Assembly: GCA_040902745.1 (NCBI GenBank)
Contig: JBBDWR010000011.1
Coordinates: forward strand, 50,320 to 114,319
DNA from: Actinomycetota bacterium
Lineage (GTDB): Bacteria > Actinomycetota > UBA4738 > HRBIN12
Direction of reading: 5' to 3'
Length of the DNA: 64,000 nt
The position numbers and the translations under genes are program-made. Positions 36,648 through 46,488 of this stretch are shown here, one piece after another (within the stretch, counting starts at the first letter, position 1; the number at the start of each line of letters is the position of its first letter). The notes beneath the pieces were generated by a model that was not told the origin of the DNA, searched no databases, and saw only the letters and a program-made list of their open reading frames with translations.

Positions 36648-37838
36648 ATGGCTACGACCACAACCGCTCTCGTGATCCGACGTCGGGCGAGCCTCGCGCT
36701 CGCCTCGGCGCTCGTCCTGCTGCTCATCGTGCCGGCGCTCGCCGCGGCGGCCGAGCCGTCGAACCAGGACCTCGATCGCAAGGAGGAACACACCGACATC
36801 GCGATCGGTGACGTGCAGGATCGTCTCACCGCACTCAGCGACCAGATCGCCGCTCAGCAGCAGGCCGCGGTGCGGCTCCAGGCCGAGATCGCCGGATCCG
36901 TACGGGAGCTCGGCGCTGCGCAGCGAGCCTTCGATGACACGCAACAGAGCCTTATGGAGGTCCGCGCCCGGCTCGCTACCGTCGAGGCGGAGCACGCGCA
37001 GATCCAGGAACGGCTTTCGGACCGGGCGGTCGCTGCGGTCCGGATCTCACAGGGGTCGAGTCTCGAGTTCGTCCTGGATTCCAGCTCGCTGACCGAGGTG
37101 GGCGACCGCATGGAGTTCTTGACCCAGTTGCAGGTCGCGGACGAGTCCCTCGCCGGCGAGGCTGTCTCGTCGGCCGCGACGCTCGAAGCGGCCCGAGCCA
37201 GTGAGGAGGCGCAACTTGCGCGGCACGTCGACCTCGTGAACCAGCTCGACACCGAGAAGGAGGAGCTGGCCAAGGCGCTCGTCGACCAACAGTGGCGTCT
37301 CGACGCGATCGCCGATGCGAAAGCGGAGGCGCGCTCCTTGCTCGCCCAGCTCAACGCGCGTGCCGAGAAGATCGCCGAGCAGCGCTTCTCGGTTGGCGCG
37401 GCGGGTGGGGGAGCGACGTTCGGTGCGTGGGCGAAAGCGTTCCTGACTTACATCGACGCGCCCACCTGTACCGATAACCTCGTCATCATGGTGACCTGGC
37501 AGGTCTCCGAGTACACGGAAGCGAGATGGAACCCCCTCGCGACCACGCTCGATATGCCCGGCGCCACGATGTTCAATTCCGTGGGCGTCAAGAACTACGC
37601 CTCCCTCGAGCAGGGCCTCGAAGCGACCGAGATGACCCTTGTGAACGGGTCCGAGACCTACGGGTACGGGTCCGTGCTTCAAGGATTGCATCGGTGTGCA
37701 GATCGCATGGTGACCGCGACCGCGATCCGGAACTCTTCTTGGTGCGCCGGCTGCGCCGGGGGCGCCTACGTCACCGGCCTGGTCCCGATCGTCGAGCGGT
37801 ATTGGGACCGCTACGCGAACGAGTCCGCCTGGGCCTGA
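36648..37838 (+). CDS. Secreted coiled-coil protein with a C-terminal Cys-containing domain (hypothetical)
   Basis: Signal peptide (LVLLLIVPALAAAAEP), about 230 aa of heptad-like coiled coil, then a roughly 150-aa globular domain. Confidence 0.55.
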   Translation: MATTTTALVIRRRASLALASALVLLLIVPALAAAAEPSNQDLDRKEEHTDIAIGDVQDRLTALSDQIAAQQQAAVRLQAEIAGSVRELGAAQRAFDDTQQSLMEVRARLATVEAEHAQIQERLSDRAVAAVRISQGSSLEFVLDSSSLTEVGDRMEFLTQLQVADESLAGEAVSSAATLEAARASEEAQLARHVDLVNQLDTEKEELAKALVDQQWRLDAIADAKAEARSLLAQLNARAEKIAEQRFSVGAAGGGATFGAWAKAFLTYIDAPTCTDNLVIMVTWQVSEYTEARWNPLATTLDMPGATMFNSVGVKNYASLEQGLEATEMTLVNGSETYGYGSVLQGLHRCADRMVTATAIRNSSWCAGCAGGAYVTGLVPIVERYWDRYANESAWA

Positions 37839-37848
37839 TCCGAACGGG

Positions 37849-39780
37849 TCACGCCACGAAGATCGTGATCGACTGTCCCGCTCGCACGGTCGTACCCGGC
37901 TTCGGCTCCTGACCGCGGACGCGATCGTCGACCGATCCCGGGACCCGCTCCACACGCGCGACGAGTCCGTCTTGCTCGATCGCCGCGACGGCCTCGGCTT
38001 CGCTCATCCCGATGTAGCTGGCAACCTCGAACCGTTCCGGACCTTTGGAGACCGTAAGCGTCACCGCTGACCCGTAGGCGCGTTCGATGCCACCCTCGGG
38101 TGTCTGCCCCATGACGGTGTCGCGTGTGGCGGTCTCAGAGAACCGCTCTTCGATCTGCACCTCGAACCCCTCGGCCTGGAGCGCCGCGACCGCCGCCGCC
38201 TCGCTCTGACCCACGACGGCTGGGATCGGCCGCGGCGGCGGTCCCTTGCTGATCACCAGGTCGATGTCGCTTCCTCGCGGCGCCTCCTTCTTGTTCGGCT
38301 GCTGCGAGACGACGTCGCCGTCGCGAACGCGCTCGGAGAACTCCGAAGTGACCTTGCCGATCGCGAATCCCGCCTGGGTGAGCTTGCGCTCGGCGATCGC
38401 CTGCGAGCGGCCGGTCACATCGGGCACGGGGATCGGCGGCGGACCGAGGGACGGGACCAGCGTCACCGTCTGGCCCTCTTCGAGCCGGGTTCCGGCCGCC
38501 GGATCGATCCGTAGCACGGCGCCCTGATCGACCTGGGCCGAGAACGCACCGTCGTCTTCGACGACGACGTACCCGAGTCCGATCAGCTCATTGCGAGCCT
38601 GTTTCATCGGCGAACCGAGCAACTGCGGAACGTCGTGATAGTGGGGGATCAGGAACTCCCACACGGCGTAGCCGCCGCCGACGAGCACCGCCGCCATCAG
38701 AAGTGCCCCGAGGAGCTGGCGGAGCCAACGGCGCTTCGGTGCTTGGGGATCGGGATCGGCGCGGGGGATCGTGACCGTCTCCGCCCGCTCTGGGTCGGAC
38801 GCCTCGGGGAGTACGATCGGGGTGTCGTCGACCAGCGTGGCGAGCGCTGGAGCGACCGGCAGCAACTTGGCTTCACGCGAAAGGTCGCGTCGCATCTCCT
38901 CCGCGGACTCCGGCCGGAGCTCGCGATCGCGTTCGGTCGCCGACGCGACGAATCCATCGACGCCCTTCGGGACTCCGGGAACGAGCGTTGAGGGCTTTGG
39001 CACCCTGTTCGACAGATGCTTGTAGGCGATCGCCATCGCGGTCTCGCCGGTGTAGGGGAGCCTGCCGGTCAGCAGCTCGAAGCTCACGATGCCCAACGAA
39101 TAGAGATCTGTTCGCGGATCGGCAGGTTCGCCACGGATCTGCTCGGGCGCGAGGTACTGCACCGTTCCCGTAACGGTACCCGTCGACGTCTGTCGGCCCT
39201 CCGCGTACGCGCGTGCGAGGCCGAAGTCTGCGACCTTCGCCACACCGTCGGGGGTGATCATGATGTTCTCCGGCTTGATGTCGCGATGGACGATGCCCTG
39301 GCGGTGCGCATGCCCGAGCGCGGACAGCACTTGGTCGAGAACCTCTGCCGTCTGTACGGGTGCGAGCTTGCCGTGTGCGTTGAGGATCTCCCGCAGGCTC
39401 TGGCCGCGGATGTGCTCCATGACCATGAAGTAGATGCCGTCGACCGCACCCCAGTCGTACACCGCGACGATGTTCGCGTGATTGATCCCGGCCGCGGCCC
39501 GAGCCTCGCGGCGGAACCGCTCGATGAACCCCGGATCTCCGGCCAGTGACCGGTGGAGCACCTTGATGGCGACCTCGCGGTCGAGGACGGTGTCGTGCGC
39601 CAGGAAGACCTCACCCATGCCGCCCGCGGCGATCCGTTCGACGATCCGATAGCGACCGTCGAGGGTGGTCAGGCGTATCCCGGCCGTGGCCGTGGCTGCG
39701 ACCGGCTTGGGGGAAGTGCTCTGCTGTGCCGTCGTAGACCCTCCCGCAGGTGGGGCCGCGCGATGGGTCCGGCCCATCAT
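37849..39780 (-). CDS. pknB: Ser/Thr protein kinase with three C-terminal PASTA domains (PknB-like)
   Basis: Kinase motifs GGMGEVF, VAIK, HRDIKPEN, DFG and APE. It has a single TM and three PASTA repeats. The start is the internal ATG (MMGRT...). Confidence 0.85.
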   Translation of the reverse strand: MMGRTHRAAPPAGGSTTAQQSTSPKPVAATATAGIRLTTLDGRYRIVERIAAGGMGEVFLAHDTVLDREVAIKVLHRSLAGDPGFIERFRREARAAAGINHANIVAVYDWGAVDGIYFMVMEHIRGQSLREILNAHGKLAPVQTAEVLDQVLSALGHAHRQGIVHRDIKPENIMITPDGVAKVADFGLARAYAEGRQTSTGTVTGTVQYLAPEQIRGEPADPRTDLYSLGIVSFELLTGRLPYTGETAMAIAYKHLSNRVPKPSTLVPGVPKGVDGFVASATERDRELRPESAEEMRRDLSREAKLLPVAPALATLVDDTPIVLPEASDPERAETVTIPRADPDPQAPKRRWLRQLLGALLMAAVLVGGGYAVWEFLIPHYHDVPQLLGSPMKQARNELIGLGYVVVEDDGAFSAQVDQGAVLRIDPAAGTRLEEGQTVTLVPSLGPPPIPVPDVTGRSQAIAERKLTQAGFAIGKVTSEFSERVRDGDVVSQQPNKKEAPRGSDIDLVISKGPPPRPIPAVVGQSEAAAVAALQAEGFEVQIEERFSETATRDTVMGQTPEGGIERAYGSAVTLTVSKGPERFEVASYIGMSEAEAVAAIEQDGLVARVERVPGSVDDRVRGQEPKPGTTVRAGQSITIFVA

Positions 39781-39988
39781 AGGGCTCGCGACCCGTGGAA
39801 TCCCGCAAGCAGGACACCGGACCCCTGCGTGTGACCAGCACCGGAACCCCGTCGCCACCGGGGGATCTCCGTCGCAAGGCGAGCAGCTTCGGCTATCATC
39901 CGAGCCGACACGGGGAGCTCGGGCGTCACCGGGCTGAGAGGTCGGCTGCATCCCAGGCGCCGGCGACCCGACGAACCTGCACCGGGTA

Positions 39989-40666
39989 ATGCCGGCGGAG
40001 GGACGATTGCGCGAGCAGCTACGACTCGACGTCTATGTGCTGACGTCTGCCGATCTCGTCGTCGGTCGCGACCATCTCGACGTCGCGCGGGCCGCGATCG
40101 CCGGAGGCGCCACGATGCTGCAGCTCCGGGCGCCCGAGGTTTCACAGGAGCGACTGCTGCCGATGGCGAGATCGTTCGTCGCCCTCTGCAAGCAAGCCGG
40201 AGTGCCGGGGATCGTGAACGATCGCATCGACGTCGCGATCGCCTGCGATGCCGCGGGGGTGCACCTCGGTCAGGATGATCGACCCGAGGGGGCCCGGGAG
40301 GCGCTGGGACCCGATCGGATCCTCGGCGCCAGCATCGACAACCCCGCCCAAGCCCGGGAGGCGGAGGTGCTCGGCGCCGACTACCTCGGCGTGGTCGTGT
40401 GGTCCACGGGGACCAAACCCGCGGCGCGCCCCGTGGGACTCCACGGTCTGCAGGCGATCGCGCGGACGACGGCGCTGCCGATCGTCGCGATCGGGGGGAT
40501 CGACACGTCGACCGCGGGTGAGGTGCTCGACGCCGGAGCATCGGGGGTCGCGGTCGTGTCGGCGGTGGGCGCGTCCTTCGATCCCGTTGCGGCGACGCGA
40601 TCCCTGGTGCGCGTGGTCGCTGCTCGCCGCGGGCGTATCGCCGCGCCGCAGGAGCACCGCGGGTGA
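39989..40666 (+). CDS. thiE: Thiamine-phosphate synthase
   Basis: ThiE pattern (LYVLTSADL...MLQLRAPE...GIVNDRIDVA...VAIGGI). Confidence 0.85.
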   Translation: MPAEGRLREQLRLDVYVLTSADLVVGRDHLDVARAAIAGGATMLQLRAPEVSQERLLPMARSFVALCKQAGVPGIVNDRIDVAIACDAAGVHLGQDDRPEGAREALGPDRILGASIDNPAQAREAEVLGADYLGVVVWSTGTKPAARPVGLHGLQAIARTTALPIVAIGGIDTSTAGEVLDAGASGVAVVSAVGASFDPVAATRSLVRVVAARRGRIAAPQEHRG

Positions 40667-41733
40667 GCACGGGGCAGCGCACCGGCAAGGCCACACCGGA
40701 GTTGTTCCGCCAGGTGATCCTGCGGCGCCTCGGAGCCACGGATCCCGATGTACTCGTCGGACCGCGTCATGGCGTCGACGTCGGAGTCGTTCGGGTTGCC
40801 GAGGGCGTGGCGATGGCGCTGACGGCCGATCCGGTGTTCGTGGTGCCCGCGTACGGGTGGAAACGCGCGGCCTGGTTCGCCGTACACATCCTCGCATCGG
40901 ACGCGTCCACGAGCGGCTTACCGCTGCGGTGGATGTCTGTCGACCTCAACCTTCCTCCCGACACCTCAGACGAAGATCTGACGGCGTTGTGGGACGCCTT
41001 TCACCGCACGTGCGCCGATCTCGGCCTTGCCGTCGTGACCGGACATACGGCGCGATACGACGGCTGCGCGTGGCCGATGGTGGGAGGCGCGACCTGCGCG
41101 GCGCTCGGTTCCGAGGACGGCTTCGTGACGCCGACGATGGCGCGCCCCGGGGATCGCATCGTCGTCACCAAGGGCGCCGCGATCGAGGCGACAGCGCTGT
41201 TCGCTGCAACCTTTCCCGACCGGCTCGCAGCGGCGATCGGCGCAGAACAGACCCGACATGCCGACGCACTGTTCGAACGGATGACGGTGGTTCCCGAGGC
41301 GCGTGTCGCAGCGGCGTTCGGATTGCGCGATCGCGGCGTCACTTCGATGCACGACGCGACCGAGGGAGGGGTTCTCGGCGGGCTTCTCGAGGTTGCCGAC
41401 GCATCGGGGAACGGCATCCGGGTCGAGCTTGCGGCGATCCCTGTTCGGCCGGAGGTGCGCGCGGTCTGCGAACACGTTGGTATCGACCCGATGGTCTCGA
41501 TCTCGGAGGGAACGCTCATCGCAACCGTGGTGCCCGAACGGGCAGACGCGTTCGTTGAGGCACTGGCGGGGGAGGGGATCGAAGCCGCAGTGGTCGGGAC
41601 CATCCTGGCGCCGGAGCAGGGACGGATCCTCGTCACGAGCGACGGACAGCGGCCCCTGACCCATGTCGGGCTCGACCCCTTCTGGGGGGCGTTCGGGCGG
41701 TGGGCGGCAGAAGCCGAGCGAACGACCGGATAG
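40663..41733 (+). CDS. AIR-synthase-related (PurM-superfamily) protein, ThiL/HypE-like, function unclear
   Basis: PurM N- and C-domain pattern, but the GDDAA motif of ThiL is replaced (GPRHGVDVGVV). GTG start overlaps the thiE stop. Confidence 0.6.
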   Translation: MSTGQRTGKATPELFRQVILRRLGATDPDVLVGPRHGVDVGVVRVAEGVAMALTADPVFVVPAYGWKRAAWFAVHILASDASTSGLPLRWMSVDLNLPPDTSDEDLTALWDAFHRTCADLGLAVVTGHTARYDGCAWPMVGGATCAALGSEDGFVTPTMARPGDRIVVTKGAAIEATALFAATFPDRLAAAIGAEQTRHADALFERMTVVPEARVAAAFGLRDRGVTSMHDATEGGVLGGLLEVADASGNGIRVELAAIPVRPEVRAVCEHVGIDPMVSISEGTLIATVVPERADAFVEALAGEGIEAAVVGTILAPEQGRILVTSDGQRPLTHVGLDPFWGAFGRWAAEAERTTG

Positions 41734-41842
41734 CGTCACGGAACGAGCGCGAACAACACAAACCGCCGAATGCCCCATCTATGGGTCCAACGGCCTACGG
41801 AACTTGCTTGACCCTCGCGGGGTCTGTCCGTACCCTTCCTAG

Positions 41843-44224
41843 ATGCGACGCCCGCCTCTTGCTGCTCTGCTTGTCCTTGCGATCGGTGCTTTTGCGCTCG
41901 CGATCCCCCAGGCGTTCGGAGGCACGGGGACCTGCAAGACCAGCTCACCTCCGAGCTCGAGCGCCACGGTCGAAGTCTGCATCGCCCAACCCTCCGGGCT
42001 CGATCCCCTCGCGGACACCGTGCCGGTTGTCGTCACTGTGGACGTCTCGAACGGCCGGCCGGTGGACTCGGTCAACCTCCTGCTTGACGGAACGAAGACC
42101 GCGCAGGACGACCAGTCGCCGTACAGGTTCTTCATCCCCACGGACCTGTACGTCGATGGCCCTCACACGATCCAGGTGAATGCAAGCGTGCAGTTCGCGG
42201 TGCCCTTCACCACGCCGAAGACGCGCCTCCCGGTGACCTTCGACAACGGGAACGCGTCACCTCCTCCGCCGCGTACGGGGTTCGTGGCTCCCGGAGTCGC
42301 CGGGATGCAGCCGGCGATCGTCGGTGCCACCGGAGACGGAGCCGACGGCGGGGTACGGGCGGACGCTGTGATCGACGAGATCGTCTCGTGGGATCCTGAT
42401 CTGTTCTTGTACCTCGGCGACGTCTATGACAACGGGACGAACGAGGAGATGGCGAGCTGGTACGGGCAGCCCGGGCAGCGTTGGGCGACGATGCGAGATA
42501 TCACCGCCCCGACGATCGGAAACCACGAATACATCACTGCGAGCGGCCGGCCGTATTTCGACTACTGGGACGGGGTGCCGCACTTCTATGCCTTCAACGC
42601 GGGGGCGTGGCGGGTGATCGTGCTTGACACGATGAAGGCATTCAACGGCTACGCGGTCGGCTCCCCGCAGTACGAGTGGCTGGCCGACGAACTGATCGAC
42701 GACGAGCACGAGTGCACGCTCGTCAGCTTCCACCATCCTCGGTTCTCCGTGGGCAAGTACGAGGGGTCGCCCTGGCTGCAACCGCTGTGGGCGCTGATGG
42801 CCGACAACGGCGTGGACATCGCCGTCACCGGTCACGACCACAACTACCAACGCTGGAAGCCGCTCCGGGCCTCGGGGAACTTCGATAGCAAAGGCACGCG
42901 GCAATTCGTTGCGGGAACAGGCGGCCACGAGTCTTACGCGATCCAGCGCGACGACAGTCGCGTGGTGGAAGCAGTGGGGATGGTGGACGGCGCGATCCGG
43001 TTCGAGCTGGAGCCGGGCAGGGCGGAGTTCTCTTTCGTCACGTCCAACGGCCAGCAATTGGACTCCGGTCAGTTCTCCTGCTCGCCCACGATCGACCGGC
43101 AGCCTCCGACCGCCCCGGCGATGCTCGCGGCCACCGCCGTGGCGCCGGATCGCATCGACCTGGAGTGGGACGCGGCGTCCGACGATCGCGGTGTGACGGG
43201 ATACGAGGTCTTCCGTGATGGTGTCCTGTTGGACACCACCGATGGAGCGACGACGACCTACGCGGATACGGGCGTGTCCGCGGACCAGACCTACCACTAC
43301 CGCGTCCGCGCGTTCGACGAGGCAGGCAACCGTGGCGAGCGCTCACCGCAAGCTGAAGCGACGACGCCCGCCGGTGACGTCGACCCTCCGAGCGTGCCGA
43401 CCGGGGTCACTGCCGATGCTCCGACCCCCTTCCGCGTCGATCTGTCGTGGAACGCGTCGAACGACGACGTCGGTGTCGACGCCTACGACGTGTATCGCAA
43501 CGGGACGCTCGTTGCCGGCGACCTTCCTCCGATCCCCGATCCGGTGTGGTCCGACGACGATGTCACACCCGGTGCGACCTACGACTACACCGTGGTCGCG
43601 CGCGATCAAGCGGGTAACGCGTCGGCGCCGGGAGGACCAGCCACCGTCACGTTGTCGGCCGGGCTGTTCTCCGACGGGTTCGAGAGCGGAACACTGTCCG
43701 CCTGGACCAACAGTGACCACGCCTCCGTGGTTGACGGGATCGGCCTGCGCGGGACCCACGGCGTGGCACTGGTCTCGACGGGTACCACCCGCGCGTACGT
43801 GTACAAGACTCTCCCGACTCCCAGGAAGAACACGTATACGAAGGTGTCGTTCGAGGTGGAGGAGCAGGGCCCGCACACGATCGACCTGCTTGCGATCCGT
43901 ACCGCCGCGGGGGCTGGGATCGTCACGGCGATCGCTCGCGCCGACGGGACGCTCGCGCTCTTGGACGAACGCACTTCCACCGTGATCGGGTCCGCCAGAC
44001 AGGTGGGGACGGGGGTCCATGACCTACAGGTGCGCACATCGGTGGCCGGCTCGGAGTCGAAGCTCGTCGTGTGGCTCGACGGGCAGAAGGTCAACGCCCT
44101 GAGTCAGCCACGCCCGCTTGGGACGACATTCGCCGGCCGCGTCCGGCTCGGAGACGCGACCATCGGGCGGACCCTGGAACTCGTGATGGACGAGGTACAG
44201 GTGCGAACCAAACAGATCCCGTGA
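41843..44224 (+). CDS. Secreted calcineurin-like metallophosphoesterase with two fibronectin type III domains and a C-terminal beta-sandwich domain
   Basis: Signal peptide, the phosphoesterase motifs GDVYDNGT, GNHEY and GHDHNYQR, then two FN3 repeats (DLEWDAASDDRGVTGYEVFRDG and DLSWNASNDDVGVDAYDVYRNG). Confidence 0.75.
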   Translation: MRRPPLAALLVLAIGAFALAIPQAFGGTGTCKTSSPPSSSATVEVCIAQPSGLDPLADTVPVVVTVDVSNGRPVDSVNLLLDGTKTAQDDQSPYRFFIPTDLYVDGPHTIQVNASVQFAVPFTTPKTRLPVTFDNGNASPPPPRTGFVAPGVAGMQPAIVGATGDGADGGVRADAVIDEIVSWDPDLFLYLGDVYDNGTNEEMASWYGQPGQRWATMRDITAPTIGNHEYITASGRPYFDYWDGVPHFYAFNAGAWRVIVLDTMKAFNGYAVGSPQYEWLADELIDDEHECTLVSFHHPRFSVGKYEGSPWLQPLWALMADNGVDIAVTGHDHNYQRWKPLRASGNFDSKGTRQFVAGTGGHESYAIQRDDSRVVEAVGMVDGAIRFELEPGRAEFSFVTSNGQQLDSGQFSCSPTIDRQPPTAPAMLAATAVAPDRIDLEWDAASDDRGVTGYEVFRDGVLLDTTDGATTTYADTGVSADQTYHYRVRAFDEAGNRGERSPQAEATTPAGDVDPPSVPTGVTADAPTPFRVDLSWNASNDDVGVDAYDVYRNGTLVAGDLPPIPDPVWSDDDVTPGATYDYTVVARDQAGNASAPGGPATVTLSAGLFSDGFESGTLSAWTNSDHASVVDGIGLRGTHGVALVSTGTTRAYVYKTLPTPRKNTYTKVSFEVEEQGPHTIDLLAIRTAAGAGIVTAIARADGTLALLDERTSTVIGSARQVGTGVHDLQVRTSVAGSESKLVVWLDGQKVNALSQPRPLGTTFAGRVRLGDATIGRTLELVMDEVQVRTKQIP

Positions 44225-44246
44225 GCGAGACCCCCTCGACGATCCG

Positions 44247-45293
44247 TCAGCGCAGCCAGGTCTGCATGATCGCCTTGCCGAAGTGGTAGCCGTACTTGAG
44301 CGATTTCGGCTTTTTGGATTTTCCTCCCTTGCGAGCCTCGATCGTGACCGGGACCTCGACGATCTTGGCGCGATGACGCAGCGCCTCGATCAGCACCTCG
44401 CTGGTCCAGAACTGATCCTGTTCGAGGACGAGTTTGCGCAGCAGCTCGGTGGTCGCGGCGCGGTACCCGGAGGAGATGTCGGTGATCCGCTGCCCCGTGA
44501 GGATCGTGGTCAGCCACGAGAAGAAGTGCACGCCGACGTGACGGATTGCACTCTCCTTCTCGAACTCGCCCAGCAGCCGGGACCCGTTCACGTAGTCCGC
44601 CCGACCCGACAGGATCGGCTCGATCATGACCGGTAACTCCTCGGGCATGTGCTGACCGTCGGCATCGATCGTGACGACGATGTCCGCGCCGAGCTTGATC
44701 GCGATGTCGTATCCGACGCGCAGCGCCAACCCGCCTCCGCGCCGGATCGGATTGCTAGCGACGAGCGCGCCCCCCGCCCGCGCGACCTCGGCTGTGTCGT
44801 CCTCGGAGCCGTCGTCGACCACGATCGAGATCACCCGGTACCCGCTGAGATCACGGGGGATCCTGCGCAGGACCTCGGCGATGTTCTCCGCCTCGTTCAG
44901 TGCGGGCGAGACCGTCACAATCTTCTTGCCGGACGGCAGGGCGTTCGCACTCGCCCAATCGAACTCCCGTTGCGCGAGGGCCTCGACGAGCAACCGGATG
45001 CTGCGTTCGTTCGAATCGGCGGTCGCTTGCGTGCGTAGCAGCAACGCGAACAGGATCGCGACCGCCACGAACAGCACCGCGTCGAGCCGACGCCCGTTGC
45101 CCGGCCGGAAGTTGAAGGCGTCGAAGAGGAAATTGAACAGGTTGGGATCGAGGGCGAGGATCACGACTCCAGTCGCGATCGCCCAGCCGATGATCAAGCT
45201 GAGTCGAGAGATCTGGCGGCGGCGGTAGCGGACGACGGCCGCCGCGAAGATCGCGACCGCGAAGATCGCGCCGAGGATCCGAAGCGCGCTCAT
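44247..45293 (-). CDS. Membrane-anchored GT2 glycosyltransferase (Dpm1/polyprenyl-phosphate glycosyltransferase-like)
   Basis: N-terminal TM helices, then a GT-A domain with VVDDGSEDDT and TIDADGQ (DxD). It starts 13 nt downstream of sqdB. Confidence 0.8.
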   Translation of the reverse strand: MSALRILGAIFAVAIFAAAVVRYRRRQISRLSLIIGWAIATGVVILALDPNLFNFLFDAFNFRPGNGRRLDAVLFVAVAILFALLLRTQATADSNERSIRLLVEALAQREFDWASANALPSGKKIVTVSPALNEAENIAEVLRRIPRDLSGYRVISIVVDDGSEDDTAEVARAGGALVASNPIRRGGGLALRVGYDIAIKLGADIVVTIDADGQHMPEELPVMIEPILSGRADYVNGSRLLGEFEKESAIRHVGVHFFSWLTTILTGQRITDISSGYRAATTELLRKLVLEQDQFWTSEVLIEALRHRAKIVEVPVTIEARKGGKSKKPKSLKYGYHFGKAIMQTWLR

Positions 45294-45306
45294 CGGGCCA
45301 GGTCGG

Positions 45307-46488
45307 TTAGCCGGCCGGCTGCGCCGACGGCGCCGGCGGCTTCCAGCGCGTCTTCGGATCGATCCGGCCGGGGATCACGCGCTCCTTGTAGGCCGCCATC
45401 ACGTCGAACATGTGCTCGATCAACGAGTCCGAGAGGAGACGCGGCTTCAGCCCGAGGTCCAGCAGCTTGGTGTGCGTGGGGTTGTAGTAGTGCTCTTCCA
45501 TCTCGACACGGGGATTCTCCGTGTGTTCGACGACGACCTCGAGCCCGTGCTCTTTGCCGGCTTGCTGAACGAGATGGGCGAGTTCGCCCACCGAGAACTG
45601 CTCGGTGAACTGGTTGAACACCCGGAATTCGCCGGCTTCAGCCGGGTTCACCGTTGCCAGCTCCACGCACTGCAGCGTGTCGACGATGTTGAGGTAGCCC
45701 CTCGTCTGACCACCGGCGCCGTAGACGGTCAAGGGATGGCCGATCACCGCCTGGAGACAGAAGCGGTTGAGCGCCGTGCCGAAGACTTCGTCGTAGTCGA
45801 AGCGCGTGAGCAGGCGGTCGTCGAGCTTGGTCTCGTCGGTCTCGATGCCGTAGACGACCCCCTGATTCAGATCGGTTGCGCGCAATCCCCAGATCCGGCA
45901 GGCGAAATGTACGTTGTGCGAGTCGTGCACCTTCGACAGGTGGTACATCGAACCCGGGAGCTTGGGGAAGGGGAGGGTGTCGGTGCGACCGTTGTGGTCG
46001 ATCTCGATGAAACCTTCCTCGATGTCGATGTTGGGGGTGCCGTACTCGCCCATAGTGCCGAGCTTCACGAGGTGCGCGTCCGGCGTGATGTCGCGCATCG
46101 CCCACAGGATGTTGAGGGTGTTGACGACGTTGTTCGTCTGCGTGAAGACGGCGTGTTCGCGGTCGATCATGGAGTAGGGGGCACTCGGCATCTCACCGTA
46201 GTGAACGATCGCCTCAGGTCGGAAGTCGGTGAACAGCTGCTCAACCACCGGCCACTCGGTCAGGTCTCCCTCCGTCGCCCCAACCGTGTAGCCGGAGACC
46301 GCTTGCCAGGAGTCAACCCGTTCGGGCAAGGAGGCACCGATCGGCGTGAGCGAGTCCGTCCCGGCCTCGGTATGGGCTCGACGGCGCAGGTAGTTGTCCA
46401 CCACGTGCACCTCGTGTCCGCGGGCAGAGAAGTGCATCGCCGTGGGCCACCCCAGGTAGCCATCTCCTCCGAGGATCAAGATCCGCAT
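45307..46488 (-). CDS. sqdB: UDP-sulfoquinovose synthase
   Basis: About 60% identity by eye to plant SQD1 across the whole length (ILGGDGYLGW, HYGEMPSAPYSMIDR, LGTMGEYGTPNIDIEEG, HLSKVHDSHN, GQTRGYLNI, FRVFNQFTEQFSV, PRVEMEEHYYNP). Confidence 0.85.
   Translation of the reverse strand: MRILILGGDGYLGWPTAMHFSARGHEVHVVDNYLRRRAHTEAGTDSLTPIGASLPERVDSWQAVSGYTVGATEGDLTEWPVVEQLFTDFRPEAIVHYGEMPSAPYSMIDREHAVFTQTNNVVNTLNILWAMRDITPDAHLVKLGTMGEYGTPNIDIEEGFIEIDHNGRTDTLPFPKLPGSMYHLSKVHDSHNVHFACRIWGLRATDLNQGVVYGIETDETKLDDRLLTRFDYDEVFGTALNRFCLQAVIGHPLTVYGAGGQTRGYLNIVDTLQCVELATVNPAEAGEFRVFNQFTEQFSVGELAHLVQQAGKEHGLEVVVEHTENPRVEMEEHYYNPTHTKLLDLGLKPRLLSDSLIEHMFDVMAAYKERVIPGRIDPKTRWKPPAPSAQPAG

Noticed and set aside
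40248-41558. 436-aa plus ORF overlapping thiE and the PurM-like gene
   Set aside because: Alternative-frame artifact (Arg-rich).
45307-46488. Impression that the sqdB-GT2 operon is horizontally acquired (lower GC)
   Set aside because: Third-codon positions are still G/C-rich. The lower overall GC is explained by the amino-acid composition (N, Y, F, K, I). Without computed GC/codon statistics I cannot support an HGT claim.
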